A DNA stretch of 47,190 nt from an uncultured Bacilli bacterium (lineage in GTDB: Bacteria; Bacillota_I; Bacilli_A; RF39; UBA660), in assembly GCA_947628745.1 (NCBI GenBank), contig CANRBB010000002.1, positions 1 to 47,190 of the forward strand, written 5' to 3'. Shown piece after piece: positions 37,998-47,190 of the stretch (positions are counted from its first letter, which is position 1; each line of letters begins with the position of its first letter). The translations under genes were made by a program, and so were the position numbers. The notes below the pieces were generated by a model. It was not told the origin of the DNA. It saw only the letters and a list, made by a program, of their open reading frames with translations, and made no database searches.

Positions 37998-38342
37998 TAT
38001 TTTGTATGTAGTTAAAATTCTGTTATTTATAGACAATTAAGTGATGATATTGAAAATTTAATTATAGATAGATATTAAAGAAAGGTTTATAAATTTTATA
38101 TTGATTATTAGTTAGAAGATGTGTATAACTTTTTTAAAATATGATTTAAGACATACGTTTAATTATACTAGATAAAAATTATTTAAATGGTATGTGTGGA
38201 AAATTATAAACTTTAACGAAAAAATTCTGGTGAAAATGACCAGCATTAAAAAAATACCTTATATAGAATAAAAGGTAAGGCTAAGCATGGTAATAACTAT
38301 TATTGTGACTGTATCTTTATGTTTTTTGAAACAAACGTTTTA

Positions 38343-38371
38343 TTGACAAAATATTGTTTTGTAGTTATAAT
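38343..38371 (+). promoter_or_regulatory. Consensus sigma-A promoter upstream of the methyltransferase-rpoB-rpoC unit
   Basis: Perfect TTGACA (38343-38348), exactly 17-nt spacer, perfect TATAAT (38366-38371). Confidence 0.6.
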
Positions 38372-38384
38372 TATTTGTACGAAA

Positions 38385-38430
38385 GGAGACAACTGTTTAT
38401 TTTTATGAATGGTTGTCTTTTTCTTTTTTT
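38385..38430 (+). terminator. Terminator-like hairpin plus U-tract in the leader (possible attenuator)
   Basis: agacaac (38387-38393) pairs with gttgtct (38412-38418), extendable by G:U and A:U pairs on both sides. It is followed by ttttcttttttt (to 38430) and then RBS GAGGT and ATG 38441. Confidence 0.45.
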
Positions 38431-38440
38431 GAGGTTGGAT

Positions 38441-39028
38441 ATGGGACAATATTTTACTAATGATAATTCACTAGTGAGTGAGGTAAGAAAGACATTTGCT
38501 CAGATATTAGAATATAATTTTACTTTTTTTACGGATAATGGTGTGTTTTCCAAAAACGGTGTTGATTTTGGGAGCAGATTGTTACTAGAAAGTATTCCTC
38601 TCTCGGAAGTGGGGGATAGTTTATTAGACGTTGGTTGTGGATATGGTGTTTTGGGAATTGTATTAAATAAAGTTCTTGGAGTTAAGGTTACAATGTGTGA
38701 TGTAAATAGACGTGCACTTGGCTTATGTAATAAAAATATAGCAGAAAATAGGTGTACTGATTGTCAGATTGTGGAGAGTAATTGTTATGATAATATCTCT
38801 TTAAAATATTCGACAATTATTACTAATCCACCTATTAGAGCCGGTAAGGTGATTGTGTATAAAATATTAAAAGAAGCTAAATATCATTTAAAGCCGGGAG
38901 GTAAGTTATTTTTTGTTATTAGAAAAGAGCAAGGTGCTAAATCGATTATATCCGACATGAAAGAAATATATAATGTAGAAGTGTTGGAACGAAAAAAAGG
39001 ATTTTTTATAATTAAATGTACTTTTTAA
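38441..39028 (+). CDS. ybxB: Class I SAM-dependent rRNA methyltransferase, RsmC/YbxB-like
   Basis: LLDVGCGYGVLG motif I and ITNPPIRAG motif IV. Same slot between rplL and rpoB as B. subtilis ybxB. ATG 38441 follows GAGGT; the ORF-track extension to 38354 overlaps the promoter and hairpin. Confidence 0.8.
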   Translation: MGQYFTNDNSLVSEVRKTFAQILEYNFTFFTDNGVFSKNGVDFGSRLLLESIPLSEVGDSLLDVGCGYGVLGIVLNKVLGVKVTMCDVNRRALGLCNKNIAENRCTDCQIVESNCYDNISLKYSTIITNPPIRAGKVIVYKILKEAKYHLKPGGKLFFVIRKEQGAKSIISDMKEIYNVEVLERKKGFFIIKCTF

Positions 39029-39127
39029 TTGACTTATTGTTAAATTTATGCTAATAATATAAATTGGCAACGTATTATTTTTTATAAATATGTTCTTTGA
39101 ATTTATTATGTGTATAGGGGTGATTAT

Positions 39128-42100
39128 GTGTCATATAAAATGGTAAATTGTGGTGGACACCGAGAGAGAAGAAATTATTCAAAAATTCGTAATGTTTATG
39201 AATTAAAAGATTTATTAGAAATTCAGAAAAAGTCGTATGATTGGTTTATAGAAACAGGTATAAAAGAAGTATTTGAGGATTTGTTATCTCCTGTTGAAGA
39301 TTTTTCTGGTACCTTTAGTTTGGAATTTTGTGATTATCATTTAGAGGAACCTAGATTTTCTATTAAAGAAAGTAAAGATAGAGAAAGTACATATTCTGCA
39401 CCTTTAAAGGCACAGGTTAGATTATTTAATCGTGAGACTGGTGAAGTTAAGGAACAGGAAATATTTATGGGTGATATGCCTATTATGACTGATTCTGGTA
39501 CTTTCATTATTAACGGTGCTGAACGTGTTATTGTGTCTCAATTAGTACGTAGTCCAAGCGTATATTTTAATCGTGAAATTGATAAGAATGGACGTGAATT
39601 AATTACTTCACAAATTATTCCTACACGTGGAACTTGGTTAGAATTTGAAACTGATGCTAGAGATATTTTATATGTTCGAATTGATAGAACTAGAAAAGTA
39701 ACTTTGACAACTTTACTTCGTGCTTTTGGCTTGTCAAGTGATGAACAAATATTTGATTTATTTGGTAAAGATCAATATTTGGAAAATACTATAAGCAAAG
39801 ATTCTACTAAAAATACTGATGAAGCTTTAATTGAAATATATGAAAAGCTAAGACCAGGAGAACCAGCAACTTTAGATTCATCTAAAAACAATATTATTAC
39901 TCGCTTTTTTGATGAATTTAGATATGATTTAGCTAGAGTAGGCCGTTATAAGTTTAATAGGAAACTAAATGTAGCTGATAGGTTGCTTAATCAAACTTTA
40001 GCAGAAGATATAGTTGTGGATGGTAATGTTGTATTTGCTAAAGGTACAGAGATTACTAAAGCTAATTTAGAAGAACTAAAAACTGCTTTAAGTAGTGGTT
40101 TTGGAGTTAAACAAGTAAAAATTAATCAAGAACTAGATAGTTTTGATAAAGTTCAAGTTGTTAAGATTGTTGATCCAAGCGATAAAAGGAAAACTATTTC
40201 TGTGATTGGAAATGATCAGAGTATTGATGTTAAGCGTCTAACTATATCGGATGTTTATGCTGCTATTTCATATTATTTAAATTTACTACATGGTGTTGGT
40301 AGTTATGATGAGATTGATCATTTAGGAAATAGACGTGTGCGTCAAGTTGGTGAATTATTACAAAATCAATTTAGAATTGGTGTTTCTAGAATGGAAAGGG
40401 TTATTCGTGAAAGAATGACTACTCAGGATATGGAGGAAGTAACACCTAAGACTTTGATTAATATTAGACCAGTGACAGCTGCAATGAAGGAATTCTTTGG
40501 AAGCAGTCAATTGTCTCAATTTATGGATCAAACTAATCCAATTGCCGAGTTAACTAATAAGCGTCGTTTAAGTGCGTTAGGTCCAGGTGGTCTTTCTAGA
40601 GATCGTGCTGGGGTTGAAGTTCGTGATGTTAACAGTTCTCATTATGGAAGAATTTGTCCTATTGAATCTCCTGAAGGACCTAATATTGGACTTATTACTA
40701 GTTTAGCTAGTTATGCTAAAATTGATGAATATGGATTTATTATGACTCCTTATCGTAGGGTTGAAAATGCTAAAATAACAGATAATGTTGTTTATTTAAC
40801 GGCTGATGAGGAAGAAGATTTTATTATAAGTCAATCTACTGTTTCAACCAATGATGATAATATGATTGTTGACGATTTAGTTAACGCTCGTTTTCATGGA
40901 GAGAATATTTTGGCTAAACCTGGTCAGGTTGATTATATAGATGTTAGTCCACAACAAGTGGTTTCTGTAACAACTAGTTGTATACCATTCTTGGAACATG
41001 ATGATGCTACTCGTGCATTAATGGGTGCTAATATGCAGCGTCAGGCAATGCCATTACTTAAGACTGAAGCTCCATTTATTGGTACTGGTGTTGAGCATAT
41101 AGCAGCTAAGGATTCTGGAGTTTGTATTGTTGCAAAAGCAGATGGTGTTGTTGAATATGTAGATGCTAAGAAGGTAGTAGTTAAAAATTTGAAAGGTAAA
41201 GATACATATTATCTTGCTAATTATGAACTTGCCAATTCTAGTATTTGTAGTCATCAACGCCCTATCGTTCATGTTGGAGATAAGGTTAAGGCAGGAGTTA
41301 CAATTCTTGCTGATGGTAATAGTACTGATCAGGGTGAACTTGCTCTTGGAAAAAATATGACTGTGGCTTTTATGACTTTTAATGGTTATAATTATGAGGA
41401 TGCAGTAATTCTTAATGAAAATTTGGTAAAAGATGATGCTTATACATCTTTACATTTAGAAGATTATGAGATGCAGTGTAGAGAAACTAAGTTAGGACCA
41501 GAAGAAATTACGAGAGATATTCCTAATGTTAGTGAGGAGTCTCGTCGTAATCTTGATGAAAATGGTATTATTACTATTGGTACTGAAGTAAAAGAAGGAG
41601 ATATCTTAGTAGGTAAGGTTACCCCAAAGGGAATGGCTGAACTTACATCTGAGGAAAAATTATTACATGCCATTTTTGGTGAAAAAACACGTGAGGTTAG
41701 AGATACTTCATTACGTGTACCACATGGTGGAGATGGTATTGTTCACGATATTAAAATTTATTCACGTAAAGATAATGATGAGCTTCCAGCTGGTGTTAGT
41801 AAGGTAATTAGAGTATATATTATTCAAAAGCGAAAGATACAAGTTGGAGATAAAATGTCAGGACGTCATGGTAACAAGGGTGTTATTTCACTTATTTTAC
41901 CACAAGAGGACATGCCTTATATGCCTGATGGTACGCCAGTAGATATTATGCTTAATCCACAAGGTGTTCCTTCTCGTATGAATTTAGGACAAGTTCTAGA
42001 ATTGCATATGGGAATGGCAGCTAAAAAATTAGGCGTTCATGTTGCTACTCCTGTATTTGATGGAGCACAAATATCTGATATTGAGGCTATGATGGCTGAG

Positions 42101-42742
42101 GCTGGAATGGATCCAGATGGTAAAACTGTATTATATGATGGTCGTACTGGTGAGCCATTTGATAATAGAATTGCTGTCGGTGTTATGTATATGATTAAAC
42201 TTCATCATATGGTTGATGATAAGTTACATGCTCGTAGTACAGGACCATATTCTTTGGTAACTCAGCAACCACTTGGTGGTAAAGCACAGTTTGGTGGTCA
42301 ACGTTTTGGAGAAATGGAGGTTTGGGCACTATACGCATATGGTGCTGCTCATACTCTTCAAGAAATGATGACAGTTAAGTCTGATGATGTAGTAGGCCGT
42401 GTAAAAGTTTATGAGTCTATTGTTAAGGGAAATCAGATAGATAATGCTGGTGTACCAGAATCATTTAGAGTATTAATGAAAGAATTCCAAGCTTTGGGAT
42501 TGGATATATCTATTGTTGATAACGAAGGTAAAGATTTACAACTTAAAGATATTGAAGAGTTGGAAAATAAGGAAGAATTGAAGTTGTCGATTGATGAAGT
42601 AGAAACAACTCCTGCACAAGTAATAGCAGAAAATACTTTGGATGAAGAAGAAAAAGATGATAATGAAGATGAAGAAGATTTTCAAGGCGAATTTGCTGAG
42701 ATAGATGATTTTAATGAGGTAATGGAAGGAGAAGGTTTCTAA
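39128..42742 (+). CDS. rpoB: DNA-directed RNA polymerase subunit beta
   Basis: Full-length RpoB with the conserved [11 protein letters not shown]-terminus and motifs [10 protein letters not shown] and NLGQVLE. Acidic C-terminal tail. GTG 39128 sits 7 nt after AGGGG; GTG 39110 and ATG 39140 are alternatives. Confidence 0.97.
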   Translation: MSYKMVNCGGHRERRNYSKIRNVYELKDLLEIQKKSYDWFIETGIKEVFEDLLSPVEDFSGTFSLEFCDYHLEEPRFSIKESKDRESTYSAPLKAQVRLFNRETGEVKEQEIFMGDMPIMTDSGTFIINGAERVIVSQLVRSPSVYFNREIDKNGRELITSQIIPTRGTWLEFETDARDILYVRIDRTRKVTLTTLLRAFGLSSDEQIFDLFGKDQYLENTISKDSTKNTDEALIEIYEKLRPGEPATLDSSKNNIITRFFDEFRYDLARVGRYKFNRKLNVADRLLNQTLAEDIVVDGNVVFAKGTEITKANLEELKTALSSGFGVKQVKINQELDSFDKVQVVKIVDPSDKRKTISVIGNDQSIDVKRLTISDVYAAISYYLNLLHGVGSYDEIDHLGNRRVRQVGELLQNQFRIGVSRMERVIRERMTTQDMEEVTPKTLINIRPVTAAMKEFFGSSQLSQFMDQTNPIAELTNKRRLSALGPGGLSRDRAGVEVRDVNSSHYGRICPIESPEGPNIGLITSLASYAKIDEYGFIMTPYRRVENAKITDNVVYLTADEEEDFIISQSTVSTNDDNMIVDDLVNARFHGENILAKPGQVDYIDVSPQQVVSVTTSCIPFLEHDDATRALMGANMQRQAMPLLKTEAPFIGTGVEHIAAKDSGVCIVAKADGVVEYVDAKKVVVKNLKGKDTYYLANYELANSSICSHQRPIVHVGDKVKAGVTILADGNSTDQGELALGKNMTVAFMTFNGYNYEDAVILNENLVKDDAYTSLHLEDYEMQCRETKLGPEEITRDIPNVSEESRRNLDENGIITIGTEVKEGDILVGKVTPKGMAELTSEEKLLHAIFGEKTREVRDTSLRVPHGGDGIVHDIKIYSRKDNDELPAGVSKVIRVYIIQKRKIQVGDKMSGRHGNKGVISLILPQEDMPYMPDGTPVDIMLNPQGVPSRMNLGQVLELHMGMAAKKLGVHVATPVFDGAQISDIEAMMAEAGMDPDGKTVLYDGRTGEPFDNRIAVGVMYMIKLHHMVDDKLHARSTGPYSLVTQQPLGGKAQFGGQRFGEMEVWALYAYGAAHTLQEMMTVKSDDVVGRVKVYESIVKGNQIDNAGVPESFRVLMKEFQALGLDISIVDNEGKDLQLKDIEELENKEELKLSIDEVETTPAQVIAENTLDEEEKDDNEDEEDFQGEFAEIDDFNEVMEGEGF

Positions 42743-45700
42743 TGATAGAAGTAAATAAGATTAAAGCTTTAAAAATTGGTATTGCTTCTCCTAGTAAGAT
42801 TAGAGAGTGGTCTTATGGAGAGGTTAAAAAGCCAGAGACTATTAATTATAGAACATTAAGGCCTGAAAGAGATGGATTGTTCTGTGAAAAGATATTTGGA
42901 CCTACTAAAGACTTTGAATGTGCTTGTGGTAAGTATAAAAGAGTTAGATATAAGAATATAGTTTGTGATAGATGTGGAGTTGAAGTTACACGTTCTCAGG
43001 TTCGTCGTGAACGAATGGGGCATATAGAACTCGCTTCTCCTGTTTCACATATTTGGTTCTTTAAAGGTGTTCCATCTAGGATGGGTCTAGTTTTAGATAT
43101 GAGTCCTAGAGATTTGGAAGAAGTACTTTATTTTGTTAGCTATGTAGTTGTGGATAAAGGTAATGCCCCTTTAGAGAATAAGCAAACTTTATCGGAAAAA
43201 GAATATCGTGCATATTATGAAAAATATGGAAATGGCTTCAAAGTGGGCATGGGAGCCGAAGCTATTAAGGAATTATTAAAGAAAGTTGATCTAGAAAAAG
43301 AAATTAATGAAATAGAAAAAGAACTTGAAACTGCTCAAGGACAAAAAAGAGTTCGTTTAGTAAAAAGACTAGATGTTTTAGATGCTTTCTATAAGTCTAA
43401 TCAGAGACCAGAATGGATGATTCTAGATTGTATTCCTGTTATACCTCCTGATTTACGTCCGATGATTCAATTAGATGGTGGAAGATTTGCCACTAGTGAT
43501 TTAAATGATTTATATAGGAGGGTCATAAATCGTAATAATCGTCTAAAAAAATTAATAGATTTAGGAGCTCCAGGAATTATTATTCAAAATGAAAAGCGTA
43601 TGTTACAGGAAGCTGTTGATGCATTATTTGATAATGGTAGACGTGGTAGAAGTGTAACTGGTGCTGGAAATAGACCGTTAAAATCTTTATCAAGTATGTT
43701 AAAAGGTAAACAAGGACGTTTCCGTCAAAACTTGTTAGGTAAACGTGTTGACTATTCTGGACGTAGTGTTATTGTTGTTGGACCTTCTTTAAAGATGTAT
43801 CAGTGTGGTATACCTAAAGAAATGGCACTTGAATTATTTAAACCACATGTAATTAATGGTTTAGTTAAACGAGATATTGCACACAATATTAAGGCCGCTA
43901 AGCGTTTAATAGATAATAGGGATTCCTCAGTATGGGACGTTGTTGAAGATGTTATTAAAGAACATCCGGTATTACTTAATAGAGCACCAACTTTACATAG
44001 ATTAGGAATTCAAGCATTTGAACCAATTTTGGTTGGTGGTAAAGCTATTAGACTTCATCCATTAGTTTGTCCGGCATTTAATGCTGACTTTGATGGTGAT
44101 CAGATGGCTGTTCACGTACCTTTATCTGAAGAGGCACAAGCTGAGGCTAGACTATTAATGTTGGGTTCTAATAATATTTTACATCCAAAATCAGGAGATC
44201 CAATTGTTACTCCATCTCAGGATATGGTTTTAGGTAATTATTATATAACTATGGAGAAAGCAGGAGAGACTGGAGAAGGAAGATTATTTAAAGATAGCAA
44301 TGAGGCTTTGATGGCTTATGAAAGAAGAGAGATAACTCTACATACGAGAATTGCTATTCCGGTTAGATCATTTAAACATAAATTGTTTACTGATGACAAA
44401 ATGGATAAGTATTTAGTAACTACTGTTGGAAAAATAAAGTTCAATGAAATACTTCCGGATTCATTTCCTTATGTTAATGAGCCTAGTGATGAAAATATTC
44501 AACAAATTACTCCAGATAAATACTTTATTTCAAGAGGAAAGAATGTTGTTGAAGAAATAAAAAATATGCCACTAGTAAAACCATTTGCTAAGGGAGCACT
44601 TGAAAAAATAATTGCGCAAGTGTTTAAACGTTATAAAACAACTGAAACTTCAATGATGCTTGATAAGTTAAAGGACTTAGGCTTTAAGTATTCAACTTTG
44701 GCAGGTATTACAGTTAGTATGAGCGATGTTGCTACTAGTAGTAAAAAGCAACAATTTATAGATGATGGTCAAGCTACTGTTGATAAAATTAATAAGCAAT
44801 ATAAAAGAGGATTAATTACTGATGAGGAACGTCATAGCAAAGTTATTGACACTTGGTATGGAGTAAAAGATAAAGTTCAAGCTGAGCTTGAAGAAATTTC
44901 CAAAGAACAAGTTGATAATCCTATATTTATGATGATGCATTCTAAGGCACGTGGTAATATTTCTAACTTTACCCAGGTGGCAGGTATGCGTGGTTTGATG
45001 CAAAAACCAAATGGAGATCCAATTGAGATTCCGGTTTTATCAAACTTTAAAGAGGGGTTATCAGTAGCTGAATTCTTCTTATCTACACATAGTGCGAGAA
45101 AAGGATCTGCAGATACAGCTTTAAAAACAGCCGATTCTGGATATTTAACTCGTCGTTTGGTTGATGTATCACAGGATATGATTGTAAGATGCTCTGATTG
45201 TGGTACTGACCAAGGTGTAATAGTTCATGATTTTGTTAATGAAAAGACAGGTTCTGTAATTGAGTCATTATATGATCGTATTGTTGGTAGATTTGCTAAC
45301 AAAAAGGTAATAGATCCTAATACAAAGCAAGTTTTGGTTGACAAGCTAGAACTTATAAATGAAAATATTGCAGAAAAGATTGTTGAATGTGGTATTAAAG
45401 AAGTTGAAATTCGTAATATTTTAACTTGTGGTGTACAAAATGGTGTTTGTCAAAAGTGTTATGGTCGTAATTTGGCAACAGGTAACTTGGTAGAAATAGG
45501 TGAAGCCGTGGGTGTTATGGCTGCTCAATCTATTGGTGAACCAGGAACACAACTTACAATGCGTACATTCCATACAGGTGGTGTTGCTGGTGGTGAAGAT
45601 ATTACTCAAGGCCTTCCTCGTGTACAAGAGTTGTTTGAAGCACGTAATCCAAAGGGAAAAGCAACTATTGCTGAAATAGATGGTAAGGTTACTAAGATTA

Positions 45701-46374
45701 AGGAAGATCATGGAAAATTCAAGATTAGTATTGCTAATAAATTGGAAACAAAAGAGCATGTTACTAATTATGGTGCTAAGTTGTGTGTTGAAAAAGGCGA
45801 CGAAGTTAAATGTGGAGATAAGTTAACTGAGGGTGCAATTAGTCCAAAAGAATTGCTTGATGTGACTGATCCAATTACTACTCAGGAGTATATCTTGAAA
45901 GAAGTTCAAAATACTTATCGTTCTCAAGGTGTAGATATATCTGATAAACATATTGAAATTATAGCTAGACGTATGATTTCACGTATGAGAATTGTTGACG
46001 GAGGAGATACTAAATTTTTACCTGGATCACTTGTTAATTTCCATGAATTTACTAATGGAAATAAGGATGCTGTTATTAAAGGTAAAAAGCCTGCTACAGG
46101 TAAACCAGTGTTATTGGGTATTACTAAAGCATCTCTTGAGACTGATTCATTCTTGTCAGCCGCATCATTCCAGGAAACTACAAGAATCTTGACAGATGCA
46201 GCAATAAAAGGAAAAGTAGATATATTAGAAGGACTAAAAGAGAATGTAATAATAGGTAAGACTATTCCTGCGGGAACAGGAATTAAAGATTATCAAGATG
46301 TTGATTATACATTAGTTAAAGAATTTATAGATGAAGAACCTTTAGATAAATTAGAGGATCAATTTATGGGATAG
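42742..46374 (+). CDS. rpoC: DNA-directed RNA polymerase subunit beta prime
   Basis: Zinc-finger CACGKYK...CDRCGVEV, catalytic NADFDGDQM, 1210 aa. The ATG overlaps the rpoB TAA by 1 nt. Confidence 0.98.
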   Translation: MIEVNKIKALKIGIASPSKIREWSYGEVKKPETINYRTLRPERDGLFCEKIFGPTKDFECACGKYKRVRYKNIVCDRCGVEVTRSQVRRERMGHIELASPVSHIWFFKGVPSRMGLVLDMSPRDLEEVLYFVSYVVVDKGNAPLENKQTLSEKEYRAYYEKYGNGFKVGMGAEAIKELLKKVDLEKEINEIEKELETAQGQKRVRLVKRLDVLDAFYKSNQRPEWMILDCIPVIPPDLRPMIQLDGGRFATSDLNDLYRRVINRNNRLKKLIDLGAPGIIIQNEKRMLQEAVDALFDNGRRGRSVTGAGNRPLKSLSSMLKGKQGRFRQNLLGKRVDYSGRSVIVVGPSLKMYQCGIPKEMALELFKPHVINGLVKRDIAHNIKAAKRLIDNRDSSVWDVVEDVIKEHPVLLNRAPTLHRLGIQAFEPILVGGKAIRLHPLVCPAFNADFDGDQMAVHVPLSEEAQAEARLLMLGSNNILHPKSGDPIVTPSQDMVLGNYYITMEKAGETGEGRLFKDSNEALMAYERREITLHTRIAIPVRSFKHKLFTDDKMDKYLVTTVGKIKFNEILPDSFPYVNEPSDENIQQITPDKYFISRGKNVVEEIKNMPLVKPFAKGALEKIIAQVFKRYKTTETSMMLDKLKDLGFKYSTLAGITVSMSDVATSSKKQQFIDDGQATVDKINKQYKRGLITDEERHSKVIDTWYGVKDKVQAELEEISKEQVDNPIFMMMHSKARGNISNFTQVAGMRGLMQKPNGDPIEIPVLSNFKEGLSVAEFFLSTHSARKGSADTALKTADSGYLTRRLVDVSQDMIVRCSDCGTDQGVIVHDFVNEKTGSVIESLYDRIVGRFANKKVIDPNTKQVLVDKLELINENIAEKIVECGIKEVEIRNILTCGVQNGVCQKCYGRNLATGNLVEIGEAVGVMAAQSIGEPGTQLTMRTFHTGGVAGGEDITQGLPRVQELFEARNPKGKATIAEIDGKVTKIKEDHGKFKISIANKLETKEHVTNYGAKLCVEKGDEVKCGDKLTEGAISPKELLDVTDPITTQEYILKEVQNTYRSQGVDISDKHIEIIARRMISRMRIVDGGDTKFLPGSLVNFHEFTNGNKDAVIKGKKPATGKPVLLGITKASLETDSFLSAASFQETTRILTDAAIKGKVDILEGLKENVIIGKTIPAGTGIKDYQDVDYTLVKEFIDEEPLDKLEDQFMG

Positions 46375-46394
46375 ATGGCTATCCTTTTTTCTTT
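46369..46394 (+). terminator. Intrinsic terminator at the rpoC stop
   Basis: ggatag (46369-46374, includes the TAG stop) pairs with ctatcc (46379-46384). The loop is 4 nt, then TTTTTTCTTT. Confidence 0.6.
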
Positions 46395-46420
46395 ACAAAA
46401 ATAATTTTTTTATATAAAAT
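46392..46420 (+). promoter_or_regulatory. Candidate sigma-A promoter for the mini-ORF
   Basis: TTTACA (46392-46397), 17-nt spacer, TAAAAT (46415-46420). Confidence 0.35.
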
Positions 46421-46469
46421 TGGTATAGAGGTGATATGTGTGTATAAACTTAATCAGAAAGGATTTGGT

Positions 46470-46592
46470 ATGGTAGCTTTGTTAACGATAATTTGTGTTT
46501 TTCTTTTGTTTGTACTAATTTTTTCTATTATTGCAAGTAATAATGGACTTGAGCATAATTTCATTGATATTGCAAAAATTTTACATGATTAA
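46470..46592 (+). CDS. Candidate 40-aa hydrophobic peptide (below the ORF-track cutoff)
   Basis: My own translation gives MVALLTIICVFLLFVLIFSIIASNNGLEHNFIDIAKILHD. RBS GAAAGGA sits 6 nt upstream. The 14-nt perfect palindrome ttgtattaatacaa (46606-46619) lies just downstream. Confidence 0.35.
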   Translation: MVALLTIICVFLLFVLIFSIIASNNGLEHNFIDIAKILHD

Positions 46593-47051
46593 AAGCGATA
46601 AAGTGTTGTATTAATACAATTATATTTAGAAAAGACAGCTAAATTGTTTATAAAATATTAATTTATTATAATATTTAGTCAAATGGAGTTCTAAATAATT
46701 TTTTTATTTCTGTCGTTCTTTTTTTATATTTCTTTATGCATTAACTTATTAATATACAGTTAGTCAAATTGTAGATATTTGGTAATATTTTGTAGATTAA
46801 CTTTTTAGGAGATTTACTAGTTTCTTGTTGATATTACCATGTATGAAATCTAATTTGCTTTTTTATATGTTAGAATAATTATCTTATTTTAGATATATCA
46901 AGCTTTGTTTAACTTTCTTTTTGTAATCAATAATTAATAACTTCATATTTTGTAATTTGTTAATTTAATTTTTATCATTTTGTTACTTTAACGACATATT
47001 ATATATTAACTTGCTACATTATCACAAATAATTTATAAAAACGCAAATTTT

Positions 47052-47116
47052 TAGACTAAATGCAGGTTTAAAAAAATTTGTTTAATTTACTAGACTTAAT
47101 TCAGGTTTAAAAAAAA
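47052..47116 (+). repeat. 25-nt imperfect direct repeat, two copies
   Basis: tagactaaatgcaggtttaaaaaaa (47052-47076) and tagacttaattcaggtttaaaaaaa(a) (47091-47116) differ at 2 positions. Confidence 0.85.
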
Positions 47117-47190
47117 GAAACGGAAATAAGTCTTTTAAATTTGACTAATAAATGAGAAATTTTTGCATGCTAAAATAACAGAGTTATCTC

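Noticed and set aside
38354-38440. ORF-track N-terminal extension of the YbxB-like methyltransferase.
   Set aside because: It starts inside the -10 region of the consensus promoter and runs through the hairpin and U-tract. GAGGT followed by ATG 38441 is the plausible start.
46677-46695. CtsR-operator-like sequence AGTCAAAtggAGTTCTA downstream of rpoC.
   Set aside because: Only the first heptad matches RGTCAAA. The second half is degenerate, and no heat-shock gene is adjacent.
1-47190. Alternative genetic code (UGA=Trp, Mollicutes-like), considered because of the very low GC content.
   Set aside because: Conserved proteins end at TGA at the expected length (pth, yabG and the trmN6-like gene). 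Full-length ORFs contain no in-frame TGA. Conserved Trp positions use TGG, for example rpoC HIWFFKG.
1-47190. tRNA, rRNA, tmRNA or RNase P genes, mobile elements and prophage remnants.
   Set aside because: There is no GTTCGAATC-type T-arm in any intergenic region and no GC-rich structured spacer other than the T-box and ribosomal-protein leaders. There are no transposase, integrase or recombinase-like ORFs and no terminal inverted repeats.

Overview
Low-GC (roughly 30% by eye) Bacillota-type chromosome segment using the standard genetic code: TGA ends conserved proteins and TGG encodes Trp. All ~50 credible genes are on the + strand. They form a compacted version of the origin-proximal Bacillus subtilis block from dnaX to rpoC: dnaX'-ybaB-recR-bofA-holB-yaaT-trmN6-rsmI-pth-mfd-spoVT-metG-tatD-(sipW pair)-rsmA-yabG-veg-spoVG-yabP-yabQ-divIC-tilS-ftsH-dusB-lysS-clpC-cysS-mrnC-rlmB-sigH-secE-nusG-rplKAJL-methyltransferase-rpoB-rpoC. 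The sporulation genes bofA, spoVT, yabG, spoVG, yabP and yabQ suggest a spore-former lineage. RNA-level features I can support are a T-box leader before metG, an L10-type attenuator before rplJ, several intrinsic terminators and some near-consensus sigma-A promoters. I found no rRNA, tRNA, CRISPR, transposase, integrase or prophage signal. I do not see a convincing novel multi-gene system; this is mostly ordinary core genome. The best leads are unexplained insertions into the conserved order. These are an orphan 275-aa gene with a 434-nt leader between spoVG and yabP, an exported protein plus SipW-type peptidase pair, and a tail-anchored protein behind the SigH-like sigma factor. Further leads are an FtsH with a Rho_N/SAP-like C-terminal tail and an 816-nt ORF-poor region after rpoC with a toxin-like mini-ORF and repeated motifs. 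All protein calls come from motif recognition and synteny by eye; no database search was run.
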